Position numbers and translations under genes: made by a program. From NCBI GenBank assembly GCA_964270895.1, contig OZ185436.1: a stretch of DNA of 64,000 nt; one strand, written 5' to 3'. The stretch comes from Podarcis filfolensis. Taxonomy: Eukaryota. This document shows positions 11,193 through 24,508 of the stretch, piece by piece. The notes under the pieces were generated by a model. The model was given only the letters and a program-made list of their open reading frames with translations, was not told the origin of the DNA and ran no database searches. Position 1 is the first letter of the stretch; every line of letters starts with the position of its first letter.

Positions 11193-11532
11193 GCTGTGGG
11201 TTAAACCACAGAGTCTAGGGCTTGCCGATCAGAAGGTCAGCAGTTCGAATCCCCATGATGGGGTGACCTCCCGTTGTTCGGTCCCAGCTCCTACCAACCT
11301 AGTGGTTCGAAAGCATGCCAAAGTGCAAGTAGATAAATAGGTACCGCTCTGGCGGGAAGGTAAACGGTGCTTCTGTGCGCTGCTCTGGTTTGCCAGAAGC
11401 AGCTTAGTCATGCTGGCCACATGACCCGGAAGCTGTACGCTGGCTCCCTCGGCCAGTAAAGCGAGATGAGCGTCGCAACCTCAGAGTTGTCTGTGACTGG
11501 ATCTAACGGTCAGGGGTCCCTTTACCTTTTAC
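11193..11532 (+). mobile_element. Sauria SINE (Squam1-like), slightly 5'-truncated
   Basis: gctgtgggttaaacc...gttcgaatcccc (B-box)...gcaagtagataaataggtaccgc...ggggtccctttaccttttac. Confidence 0.9.
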
Positions 11533-14500
11533 AGAATAGACATTTTCTCTAGAATTATTGCCGTCTTCGTGCACAACATACGAGCAGGCAAGTAGACATT
11601 CCAGCAAAAGAAAAAGTGAGCCCTGACTCAGGCGACTACATCAGCACAACAAAAAGAAAGGATATTTTGGGAGAAATACACTGGCTGGGTTTTTTCCATG
11701 TTAATGCAAAAAAGGTCTATACCCAAATAGAAGGGTATATTGAAAATATTAGATCCTTATGGGCCTTGTGGTCCCTGGAATACTTCTGCATTCTTGATCA
11801 CAGTATGACAATGAAAGTGATTTCTCTTTAATGCATTCGGTTATTGGAAGACTAAAAATATCCCCTAGGCCTGGTACTGCTCTGTTCTCTTTTACCAAGA
11901 CACATCTTCATCCTAATATGTTGCATTTCAAAGACAGCAATAAACATTTCAGTATGGGTTACCCAGTCCCCAGGCTCATATTCTCTATTTCCATCATAGC
12001 CCTGTTATCACAAATGAAAAACTCTTAGCTCCACTGCCATCATAAATCAGTTTTTAAGAAATTAAGCATGAAAAATTCCAGCTACATAATTTTTCATCTT
12101 GAAGAGAACAAACCTATGAAGCAAACAGATTTTTGTGTGATGGATTAATGCACACATCCCATGGGAAATGCAGATATTAAATAATATATTAAAAATTCCA
12201 CTAACACACACACTTTGAGTTTATGCTCTGCCTGATATTCACTCTTCAAGACAGAAGCTAAGGTATTATATAAAGCAAGAGAACACAAGTGCATCATCTA
12301 ACCTTCAGTATTTACATTCCTAAATCCTCAAGCAACTCGAGCCGTCCTATAGCTAGGAGGATATACATTTCTTTTCCAGTCCTGCGACTATTGGTGAACC
12401 CTTGTCCATCAGTTCCAACACAAGCCTAATGCAAGAGAGGCAAGAGACTCCAGCATCTCTGACTGAATACTTGGCAATGAGAATCAAACAGACTGGGATG
12501 TGAGATTTTGCTGAAGTATCCAAACTGATTTGTTTCATGCAGCATTCCTTCACTTTTCATTTCATCAGGGCTGAAAGAATGCACAGATCATGCCAACTTG
12601 GCTTCAAGAGCCATAGAGCTCAATCTAGCCAATATGAGCTCGCACCTTATCTTTATTAAGTTTTAATTGCATCAGACATTGCTGGCATGTTGTCCTCATA
12701 CCATAAAACAAAAAATGGGGTCCCTCTGTCACCCCTTCCCAGCTCACATCACGAGTATGATCTCACACCTCTCTGACTCATTTTACAGGTAGATGACTTA
12801 AGACCAAATATATCCTACTCTGTGTCGCACCCCTGCAGCCCTACTGGAGAACCACCAATACGTGCCTAACTTTCTAAAGTGAAGCCCCATTAGCACCTTT
12901 TGCTTTGCTTGTCTTCAAGGCTCATTGCTGAAACTTTGGCGGTAGCACCACAAGCCTCCTGTGACCTGTTACTAGATCATCAATCCATGTTAAGGAATCA
13001 CCAATCTATAAACTGGGTAACAATGCAATTTAGAGACATCTGGGACTCCAAGAACACACCACAATTTTATTAGAAAAAAGGGATACAAATGATACACTCA
13101 GCCGCAGTTGCTTGCATCATTCCTTTAAGCTTGCAAATTTGATCACAGTTGCCTAACAGCTTGTAACAGCTGTTACAAGTCTACTGCCAGAATTGCTCCA
13201 TGCTCATGTTGCACACCTGAATGGAGTGTCTCGAAATAATTCACCTTAAATTGGTTTCCAGAATACCTAAGTAACTCAAACCAGTGCTAGTTCTGTATAT
13301 TATGATGTGGCCCAGGGTGCACCATCCTGTAACGTTCCTGGAAACTGGGATGATTTTTAAGCATTTAAGTTCTATGTAAAGTTTTCAGACATCGTGATTA
13401 TGTGCAGTCTAATAAATCTGCTGAAGATATTAACACTTCTTTGGCTGTTTTTCGCATGAAAATGCAGGAATTATTTTACCATTTGACGGCAAATACAACG
13501 CTTCTAACCATGATTCTAAACTTAAATGAACAGCACAAACCTAAAGCACAGAATTGTACAATAGTTATGGAGTAGCATATATTTGGTTTACCTGTAAAAT
13601 GAGTCCTGTGGGTATGTGTATCTCCTACATACACAGGTAGGCATTTTTACATGCAGTGAGTTGGACTTTTGTGAGACATGATCAATTACCACCTAAAGGT
13701 CACTCAGCTTGCTGGTAACTCTCCACAGAGGTTATGCAGATGTTTAAAAAGTTAAACAAGAGTATCTCCCAGTTAATTTCCCCCAAGAGAAAACCCTGAT
13801 GTACTTATTCATACTCTTCCTGCAAATCCATCAGCCTTAGAACATGGCGAACACTTTCCCCCAGATCAGAGAATAGTTATTAACATGTTGTCTCTTGAAA
13901 TTCACTATAAGGCCCATTACTGCACTTAAATGAAGGGTGTTTTTCAAGCTCTCTTTCTCACTTAACCTACCAGTAAACATGGGAAACCATTAGTTCAAGC
14001 TGCCACAATTAACTCTCAGCTTTCCCTTCAAAGGCTTGGAGAGTCTGAAGCTACTTATCATGCAAACAGCCTAGGAGCCTCTTTCTCCTTGTGAGGCAAC
14101 AGGAGGGGAAAACTACTGAGTTAAGTAGATTATTGGGGAAGGAGTCACACTCAGCTGCCCTATGAGATGATTAGACCCTGGGAAATGCAGACTCCAAATC
14201 TCCTGCTCCTGACAGTGAACATTCATCAACTGCATTTGGATAATCTGCTATCAAGAACCTTTACAGAAGCTTCCAATACTCTTCTACCAATGGTATGGCA
14301 GGTGGAAAGGAACACACTTATTTGTGCAAAAGAAAGCTTCACCGCTAGCTGCTGCAAAAACAGCTTTTTCAAAAATGCAGATGCATCTCTGGCTAAGTCA
14401 CTCTGATAGATCATGCCCACTAAAGACACACATACATGCCCTGGCAAGAATGGGTGCTTAGAGAAAACTCTGCGGCTGTCTTGACACCAAGTTACACTGT

Positions 14501-15169
14501 CTGATTTTCCCAGTTCTTTCCTCCTTATAATTCAGTCTTGAACATTATCAGCCACAAACTGGAGCCCAAATATTCTCCTCCCTTTCCTGATTTTGTAATT
14601 TTCAACAGTCCTCAGTAGCTTTGGTTATCAAATTCAGTTAAGAGAGAAAATAAGGGAAGAGTGTTGCCCCTTTCCTCTCAGCCTACTTCCTTCCTTACAC
14701 ACACTTTTCTCTTTGGTGTGTTAAGCGTGCATGAGAATTACCTGTGGCTGAATAACTAATGAGTCTCTTTATAGGTTTACATGCACAGAAGGAAGCTTGA
14801 AGCATAGCATGATGTGAAAATAGCCCACTACTCATGTGCTATTCAGCAGAAACTGTTTTACAGGAAGAGTTCAACAAAATGAAAGGAGATTATCCATGAG
14901 AAAGTAGATAGGAACAGAAAGTGCTCAGATAAAGTTACTGAGAGGAAACCTAAACAACCAACCCTAAGCTACTTCCTCAGTCCTTTGGTGCAAACTGCTA
15001 AGGACAAGCGCTGCAGGAGTCCAAAAAGGGAGCCTTGCCTGATCAACAACAAAAGATAAGCAAAAGGCTTCCACAAGTAGATCATATAGTTGTTATAAAA
15101 CAGCCACAAGAGTGCAAACTGATTATTTAAACTTGCAACTGAACTTTCCATACCTCATTCATTCACGAA

Positions 15170-15280
15170 CATCCACTCGTGGGTTATCCCCTTTTTGCAG
15201 ATATAGAGAAAGAAGGCCAAGAGGTAGTGACTTGCCGAAGGGCTTCCGGTGTCCAACATTTAATCCACTGAACCACCTTG
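15170..15280 (-). mobile_element. Ancient MIR/CORE-like SINE remnant
   Basis: ccccttttgcagatatagagaaagaaggccaagaggtagtgacttgccgaagg resembles the reverse CORE body. Confidence 0.4.
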
Positions 15281-15543
15281 TTCAGTGATGCTGAAAGAGC
15301 TAGTTTATGAGGGGAAGGGATTTAAACACAGTGAGATGTAAGCAACCAAACCCTAAAGTAGGAAGCTGCTATTACTCGTACAATTTAAGCAAAGCCAATC
15401 TCAGTTCTGCATTGAAAAATCCTTAAAGAAGGATTTGCTCTACTCTGCAGTAACTGAGGACAGAAAGATGCTCATATGGATTCAACAAGAATGGATGGAA
15501 GAAAATATGTAGGACATGTATGTATTAAAACTTTGAAAAACAT

Positions 15544-15547
<4 letters not shown>

Positions 15548-15580
<33 letters not shown>
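15548..15580. repeat. (AGT)11 microsatellite
   Basis: Read directly. Confidence 0.95.
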
Positions 15581-15581
<1 letters not shown>

Positions 15582-15626
15582 ATAATGAACCCCAAGGTCC
15601 CAAGTCATACTCCAATACCTATAAAG

Positions 15627-15744
15627 CAGCCTCTCTCAACCCTCAACTACAACTGCCATCATTCCTGATCACTGGTCCTGCTAGCTAGGAATGATGGGAG
15701 TTGTAGTCCAACAACATCTGGGGACCCAAGGTTGAGGGAGGCTG
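15627..15744. mobile_element. Palindromic hAT-type MITE
   Basis: TIRs cagcctctctcaacc / ggttgagggaggctg; perfect 8-bp TSD ctataaag (15619-15626, 15745-15752). Confidence 0.85.
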
Positions 15745-18700
15745 CTATAAAGTATAAGGGATTTTGTTTTGGGCACTCACCCTTAGTTTTAACTAGGGTT
15801 GCCTCAGTTAATCAGAAGTCTGACTTTAAAGAACTTTAACTGCAACTCATTCCAAATGCAACTCCTTGTGGAAACTGCATGGCAGCAAATTAAACCTATG
15901 AATTCACCTCATAAACCAGAATCCAAAATGACTGTACGTTAATTCGAATCTCTGCCTAATCCTGTTGTTTTCTCCCTGCCCTACAAATGGCAATAAGTTC
16001 TAGAAAATGTTAATCCATGTGCAAATATTTTTCTCTTTTCTGTGTGCACAAGTATCAGCAGAGAGAATGAAGGGCTACAGCAACTCAGCTTGAGAGTAAA
16101 CTTAGAAACTCCAACCCCCGATGTTCTATTTTTAATATTGCTATGAAAGAACAAAATTTCTCAATACGAACGCCTCCACTAAATGCCTCCCTCTCTTTGG
16201 AAAAAGAAATATACAGAGTAGGAAACTCTCCTTAAGATCCAAACACGTGGAATACTTTAATATGCCATGTGTTTATTGAGATACCTGTGACTTAGCCATG
16301 CAGGGCTTCATAAATAACCACCATGAATTGTTCTTAAAAAGCAAGCATGTAACCAGTGGAATTTTTAAATATGCATGTAGTGTCTCATACCTCATCATAC
16401 AAGTAAAGTTTTGCATAAGCTAAGCTTCCAGGCATGTTCACACAGAGCATATTATACAAATCAAATTCTTAAGATAATTCAAGTATGAGTGATGACCCCC
16501 CCGCCCCAGCACCAGGAAGGTCTTACCTTCCAATAAGAGTTGCAGCAGCTAATACTGAGTGTAAGTGAAAAAAGCACCCATGGCCACTAGGGACATTTCT
16601 AGGTTAGGTATCTGATCTTCTAAGTGAGTATGAATGGAAGGAAGCACTGCATCTTCAGTCTTGTCTGCCTTCTGCTTAAAGTCTATTCCACCTTATCTAA
16701 CCACAAGAGCTTTTAGATGCTGATTCACAAGTGGATCTCCACTCCCCAAAACAGAAACAAGAATGGTGGGGAAATAGACTGAACAGCTGCTAGTAATACC
16801 CTCTTATACCAGTCAGAAAGGAAGCAGAATCACCTCAACTCCGCAATATGATTGAGAAGGATGCTACTGTCAAATGGCATCAGCAGGTATAGTAGCAACA
16901 GCTGAGACTGTCCACTACAAGCAGAGAAGTCTCTGGGCCCAAATCTGGCCTAAAGCCAGAATGAAACAGATTTAAAACTACCAGTCTCATGCAGGAATGC
17001 ACAGAGTTAGACTCTCTCTATCGTTGTGCCCCATGAATGGCAAGTTAAGAGCATGGTCCAAGTTTCTTCTCAGTTGCTTTTCTAGCAGAGACATCACCCC
17101 TACCTCGAGGGTAGCCAACCTGGTCCCTCTAGATGTTATGGACTGCAACTCATCAACCACAGACAGCACTGCCAATGACGCAGGGTGGTCAGAACATCTG
17201 GAGGGGAACACAGCGGCTGCTCCTGACCTACCTCATCCAATCATGTTCACAGCCTATGGGATAGAGGATAGAGAGTCCTTCAAGTGCCTATCCAGGCCAC
17301 TTCACTATTCACCTGTTCGACTTCTCTCCCCTAAACACAGTTACAACTACCAAGACCTCTGATGAACTGAGAGGCAAATGTCACTTCTATAGGCATTAAT
17401 TCTCATGCAAATGAATAGAAAGACCTGACCTTATGGCTTATCTAAAACCATAACCAGGAGTTTAGGTTTTTGCTGAAAATGGAAGGCCAGCCATTAAGCT
17501 TTGGACAACACTCTCAAAGTGCTAGGATTTCTCCTGTGAAAAGCCAAAATAACAATGATTTTTTTTGTTAATCATTAAAGTATTAATAATAAATCTGACT
17601 CCTCTAGAAGGGAACATCATAGGTTATAAATTGTATACCTGGACTCATTAATATCTGGGTATGAAACCCCAGATATAGTCCCACATACAGAAATGGACCC
17701 AGTGTTGACTCCTTGAGGAAAAGTGTTTGCCCTTTGTGGTTTAGCCTCTGACCTTCCTTAAGGCTAAACAATCATCCACTGGAAAGTGTTACAAAACCTC
17801 TTCTACCTCCCACTGGCTTTTTATTTATACACACACACGCACACATATATAAAGGTTGGTTACTCTCCGGTTCCTAAGAAAGACTCCCTTCAGCTCCTCT
17901 CGCTTTCTCTTGGGGATGTGGGCTCACTTCTCTGAACAAGAGGATGACCTCCAGCAACATGGGGCCTGCACTTGCTACTGTCTTCAGTTTGGCAACCCAA
18001 CACAAAGGCAGTGGGCCTGGTATATACAATTTTGGGGCCAAGCTCCCTATTCACAGAAACAGGCTCCCCAAGAGACAAAGCCTGCAAGATTCTTAATTAA
18101 GTCTAAGTGAAAGACGGCCTAACCACATCCTGCTCACATCTTCTGAGTACCTTCATTCTGGACTTCAAACAGCCACAGAACACTGCCCATCAAGCACGCC
18201 AAGGCATTCACAGCCAGCAACAAACAATTCCCCCCCCCCTTTAAAATATAGAAAGCCTAGTCTTCGGCACTGCCTCTTCAGCCTGCTCTCTTTTGCTGCT
18301 GATTTTAGACATGTCTCTGGTTTGTAAAACAGGAAACAAAGGGACTTCTTGTGTGTCAGAAGCCCTCCAGAGGGTCTGCATTTCATTCCTCCCTCTCCAG
18401 GCAGTGTCTGGAGAGCTCTTTAGCCCATTTCGTCTCATTAACATTTCCATGAAGGATCAAAGAATATATTAAAAAAATATCTAAGTATTAAGTACAATTC
18501 CTGCTAGGGAAGCCGCATAAACAGATACGTTTAAGAAACCTGTGCAAATTCCTTTGCCTGACCCATTTCTTTATTAGATAATTGTCTCTTCGCAAGAACA
18601 ACAACAGCTTTTCTTTCCATTGAGCTGCCCTTTCTACAAATCCTGTGAAAATCTTGATAAATACATTCCATTGAACACCCCCCTCCCCAAAACCAGCAAA

Positions 18701-21700
18701 CAATTTCTGTTTTCCAAGCTTCGCTGTGATAATGTCCCTTGCAAACAGAAACCAATTATTCCCTGGCAGTAAGTCACCCGCAGTATGAATTGCTGTAATT
18801 TTGCCCCTTTTAGCAGCTGCTCAGGGTGGGCTGAGAGGTGGCTGTGGTAATGAAGCACGGATGAATACTAAAGAAGCACTGAGGCATGGCATCCTGTGGA
18901 GCAGCAGTGTTTAATTTTTCCTAAAGTACTTTCTTGCTCCAGGAAGCAAATCAATGAGATTTATGTGTCAGAAAGGGAGCTTTCTACTGTATATTTGCAT
19001 TCACAATCCCAACCAGAATACGAATTTCTATGCACCTGACTAGCTTGTAAAAAACTTTCACCTTATGTTTTAAAAGTGCTAACACACCCCTCCCCCTCCC
19101 TCTCCACAATTCTTTGCTTTCTCATTAGAAATGCCCAGCAACATCCGCCAGACAAAGGCACTGCAAACAAAGTGTATGGAAAGGAGTGAGAGGGGGGGAA
19201 ATTAGGGAAAACAAAAAAAAAAAGAAAAGAAAAGAAAGACGTGCAGAGGAATTCCTTTTTTCACTGATCTGTGGAATACATTAATATCCCAAACTGTTGG
19301 CACAGACTCGAACGCTCAGATGGGTGACAATGCAAGCAATGACTCTGAGTCTGGGATCTTCAAATAAACCTCCGCTGCTGTCATGGCCACCGGGAAAGAG
19401 GCTGAGGGCAATATTCGCTGACCTTCATTTCGTTGTTTCACCAGACCTAACTGCTGGACCTTTGTTTGCCTGTTACTAGGAGTTCCTCTTTCAAAAATGT
19501 CAGCATTTCCTAGACGATACAAGAGCCAGTTTATTAGGTAAATAAACCCACCCTAAAGCAGTCTCTCCTGCTCCACGATGAGAATCCACGGAGAGCAGAG
19601 ACAAGGAGCAAATCTGAACCCTCGAAATGAAGGGAGATGGAGACCGCAGAAATTTGGAGAGCATTTCAAAGGCAAATATGAAAAGGCCATCAAATGTTAT
19701 ATTGAGCCATCAAGGAATACGACTGGGAAGACTGAAAACTGCAACAGAGAAGACCTTTCGAGTAACCAGGGATTTGTGTGGCTTATGACACTTTCCATGA
19801 AATGCATATGCACCAAAGCGGTCTCTGGCCCAGACTCCACAGACCAGGATGAATACAGGGAAATGATAGGTGTCCCTTATTTCCAAACATTACAGTCCCA
19901 TGTACATCTACAGGACAGGCATCACAGATCCACACTGTGACTCACCACTGTTTTGGCAATCAATTACTTTGCAGTTATATTTCTTTGGTGAAAGCGGGGG
20001 GGGGGGCATTTATTCCACCCTTCCTTCTTTTTGAGGACTCCAAAGGGAGGATAGAGTTAACTGAACACCATCTAAGGCAGCAATGAGACAGTGAAATCCA
20101 CCACACAACACCGTGGATTCAGATGCTTTCCTCAAGATTGGCCTCCTCATTTACTTGAAAAAATGGTCAATGCCTTGGCCCCAGATCATAAACCAACAGT
20201 AGGGTTGCAGTTGCACAATGAAGAGCAAACATGAGCTGGTCCCTCTCCTCTACTACACAAACAGGCCCTCAGCATGAACGGCCAACTGCACAAACTATTG
20301 GTTTATGTGACTGTCCCGCCATTTTCCTGAGGTTCAGAAATGCTACAGATCAGTCCTGCATGTGATCAGGCACTCATGAGGAAGGGCCAGTTCACATCGC
20401 ACATGGTTTCACGTGGTGGAGGGAATGATGTCTGCACTGCTCCTCTCAGTTTTGTTTCAGATATGAAAACAAAGAAGGAGACGGGAAAGGAAAAGGAGCA
20501 ACAGCAATAGACTGCCTGGTTGGATATGCGAAATCTTTCAGGTGGAACAAGGTATGTTAACCAAGGTATCTTTAACCCAGAAAAAGCACCCTGGATGTCC
20601 TTGCTTTTAGGAATGAAATACTATGAACCCTTATCATCTCTACTTTGGAGGCTGACGTGCACCTTAAGATTGCCCTTATAAGTGGGGAAAGTCTTTATCC
20701 TGGAGCTTTCCACCATCCTTCCAGTATCTGCACCCTATATTTCTGCTGCCTAGCATCTGCTTTTGAAATGCCCGTCTTTCTGGTGAAGGGAATTAAAGAG
20801 CTTCAGAAAAATGCATGCAGAATCAGGAAAGTGGGCCACATATGATTTTCACCCAGCTCCCACAAAACAAAACAAACTAAGTCATGATCTCAACAGAACC
20901 TCAGCACGATAGCCAATTGTATTTTTTTCTCTGTTTTTAAAGGAAAATTCAACAACCACCTAAAATCACAGGGAAGCCTCCTCCGACTTGCAGGATGTGC
21001 TATAAAATAAACAGCAGGCATCAAATTCTGATTATCACATTTCTGCACTTTTTCCAGAAATATCAAGCAGTGATTTAACTCCTGGACACGTATCCTTGGA
21101 AACCAAACTATAAGCAGCTGCCCCTGGATGTTCACACAATGCCAGGTTTCCCCTCTTTGTATTCAAATATAACTAATTACTTGGCCTTTGAAATGATAGA
21201 TGGTTGAGGGGGCGTCCCGGGGACGCACCCCAGCCCTCCAATGGCAGAGCCAGATTGCCGGGTCTAGCAACAGCTGCTCCAAATCCCCCACGAGGTGAGA
21301 GCAGGCACCAGAGAGGCTCTATTTGAACAGCTGCATATGCAAATGTAATTAACTAGGTGTTGCTGGCCTCTTCCGCTCACCCAGCCTGCATAGGCATGCT
21401 AGACTCCCCTTACCCATTGCTTTAAGGTGAAAGGCTGGGGGGGGACGACGACACACAACAGCATTTTCTCACTAGACATGCCAAATCCTCTTCTGAGTTT
21501 CAAGAAAGAGTAAATAACAAGGATATAATTATGAGTATCAGATCCAAACTGCCTACCAGAGTAGCTCACAATCCTGCGTCTTATCACTCTAAATTTTTAG
21601 ATTTCTGCTCTTGGAAGCCTAACGAGACAAAATATTAACTAAGCTCGGGGTTTATTTTTCTTTGGGGAGACTGTGGGAGTTGGAAGGATTTTACTGTCCA

Positions 21701-24128
21701 GACTATTTCTTTCTGAATGCTTTCACCATGGACTTCTGCCAAGTGACAAAGAGGTTGCTCAGTGATTAAAGCATTGGGATAGAATTCCAGAGATACAGGT
21801 TTAATGATAGCCATGCCATGGGACTGTTTGGGTGACCTTGGCAAGTCAAGCAACTTATCCGTTACTCCACTTCACCAGAGGAGAATGGGAAAAGGAGAGA
21901 GCGCATCTGATGGTGGTAGGAGGCGAGCATATTAGGATCTGTGATGCTCTTGACAAGATATAAAGAAGAAAAAAATATGTATGAAACGATGCTGTCTTGT
22001 GAGCGTCCACTGCTGCTTAGGGTCTTGAACTCTGCAAATCATAGCATGCTGGGCACAATTATCTGAGCTTCTGATTAACATGCCACAGCAGTTGAAGTCC
22101 TCAAAAAGCACAAACATTTTGACAGGCATAAGGGGATGATATATGAGCGCAGAGGTCCCAGTGTCTGAATCTGAAATAAATGACAACTCAGCAGTTACAG
22201 GGCCCCACTGCAGCCAAAGGCCACTGTTGGCCACCATCCAGACAAGTTATCTCTATGTCTCAGGGCCAAATTAGACCGATCTTAACTTCATAAATGAAAT
22301 TAATGCACATTTTTATTATGTAAATAGCAGCTGAAATAAGAACCCACCTCCAATCTTACAAAAAGAAGCTACTATGTTTTTATGCCCCTTCTCCAAACTT
22401 GGTCCATTGCTCTGCTATCGGTATGAGGTGTCACACACACTTCGTGGAATAAGATCTGCCAACATCACAAACCAAATGGTAGCAACATTGTGGAAAGTGA
22501 TTCCAAATACCCAGATAGCTGGGCTTAGGGAACATGAAAAGGAGCAAAGAGAAAAATGGAACAGCTCATAAACCAGGGGAAAAAGTTTTTTCAGGGAAAT
22601 CATCTTTTGGTTCAGACCCAAGGCAATTGTCCGTGCAGTTATTGGAAAGAACGCTGGCACAATCTTCTGGCAAACCGGCCACAGGAAAGGCTGACTTCAT
22701 GTCACACTGAACTAAGCTCCCCGCAATACTAAAAATAAAGCGGATGGAACTTTCACTCGTCAAAATATATATACTTTGCATCAGCTGAACAAACCTGATT
22801 ACTTGCAGCCCTGAATTTATCAAGCCAATTGACTTTCTGAGAAAAATAGCCAAAGAATGTGGGTACTGCTCCAGAATGATGAATAAGGTGAGAGCTGGGG
22901 GCATACTCCTACTTTCTAGGGACATTCTTTTAGGATGTCATCCACATTTTAAAAACCCCGCAGATTTATTTAAAGTTTGCAGCAAAGTCTGAGGAACACC
23001 GTAAAAAAATAATATTCCTGTGAGAAGTTAATACAGCGCAGTGCATACCGATTTAGGTGATAGAAATTAAAGCCATGATTTTTGTTCTCCCCTAAAGACA
23101 CCATAAAAACTAAAAGCAAAGAGACATCTCGCTGCGATGCCACCTTGTGGAACAGAAGAAAATGGGAGGTTTTAATACAACCCATTCCTATATCTTACCA
23201 TTCATATGCATTTCTAGTGAGCTGGAAGAACTGGCGGGGAAAGAGGGGAAAGCGTGGAGGATAGACTAAGTCATCTTTAATTGTCTTTGGAAATATCAGA
23301 TGAAATATACCTTTCTTTTCTGACTCTTAGCATTTCATAGAGCCAGGTTGCTAGGTAAAATCGAATCAATCTGAAAAGCAACTGCCATCTGCTTGATGAT
23401 GGGGAAAAAGTATCACTAGCCTACACTATATGATTTCATGACTAGATACGGGTGCAAATCCTTGCTTTCAGATTCAGAACTCAACTACACAGCAATCTGT
23501 AGGGGTTTAATATCAAATGGCTGAGTGCCAGCAGGCCTAAGATGTTAATGCTAATAATGCTAGCACAAACTGTATGCTTCTGAAGCTCCCCCCGTTCCCG
23601 GTACCATGGTAAAGTTGCTAATAAATAACAACGACAACATTTATAGCAACATCTAAAGCCAGGAGATCAGACATTTTCCATCATCATCCCCTCCTCCCCG
23701 CAGAGCCATCATGAACCACCACTATCTTAACCAAGTATATTATGTTTATTAAATATTAATTTCCATTTACTGTCCGTGGCATTGAAGTCTTTTCTGCCAG
23801 ACAGAAGGAGGGATACAAATACTTCTAACAAACACAGGATTATTCTTTCTAAGTGCAGTTGAAGAGTCTAACTTGATGGCCTTCCTTCTTTTTTGCTTAA
23901 GTCATTTAAGAGACATTCAGTATTAAGACATTCAATAAATTAAGTGCACTGTGAACACAAAACTCAACAATAAAGATCAAGGATTCCCCTGCCCCACACA
24001 ACTGGTTTTACATCTAAGTCTTTTGAAATTTAACACATGCAGTTATCTGAAACATCAAGGAATCGTAGAAGAGTATTCAGTTGTGTTTTATCAGCCCGAC
24101 CAGTGTTTCATACTGTTTTGCACTAAAC

Positions 24129-24249
24129 CAGGGTTTCCAAACTTGGGCCCCAAGCTGTTTTTGCACTACAATTCCCATCATCCCAGTGGTCATGGATGAT
24201 GGGAATTGTAGTGCAAAAACAGCTTGGGGCCCAAGTTTGGGAAACCCTG
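24129..24249. mobile_element. Near-perfect hairpin hAT-type MITE
   Basis: 55/56-nt arms differing by one C indel, 10-nt loop; perfect 8-bp TSD cactaaac (24121-24128, 24250-24257). Confidence 0.92.
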
Positions 24250-24372
24250 CACTAAACCAATGTATTATATGGAAACGAAATGGTGCAAAATATCCTATAC
24301 CTATCATGTGCCAAGAAAATAAAGATTTAAAATTATGTACACACGTGGCTTAACTGGCAACATAGTTTAGTA

Positions 24373-24508
24373 CAGGCATAGGCAAACTCCGGCCCTCCAG
24401 ATGTTTGGGACTATAATTCCCATCATCCCTAGCTAACACAACCAGTGGTCAGGGATGATGGGAATTGTAGTCCCAAACATCTGGCAGGCCGGAGTTTACC
24501 TATGCCTG
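24373..24508. mobile_element. Palindromic hAT-type MITE (caggcataggcaaact TIR)
   Basis: TIRs caggcataggcaaactccggcc / ggccggagtttacctatgcctg; TSD gtttagta / gtttatta (7/8). Confidence 0.9.

Noticed and set aside
17148-17172. REST/NRSE-like ACCACAGACAGCAC
   Set aside because: The left half-site (TCAGC) does not align
19578-19940. 120-aa ORF containing FKGKYEKAIKCYIE, resembling a TPR helix
   Set aside because: The resemblance is limited to ~14 residues with no continuing TPR pattern or convincing exon context; BLASTP/HMMER would be needed to revive it
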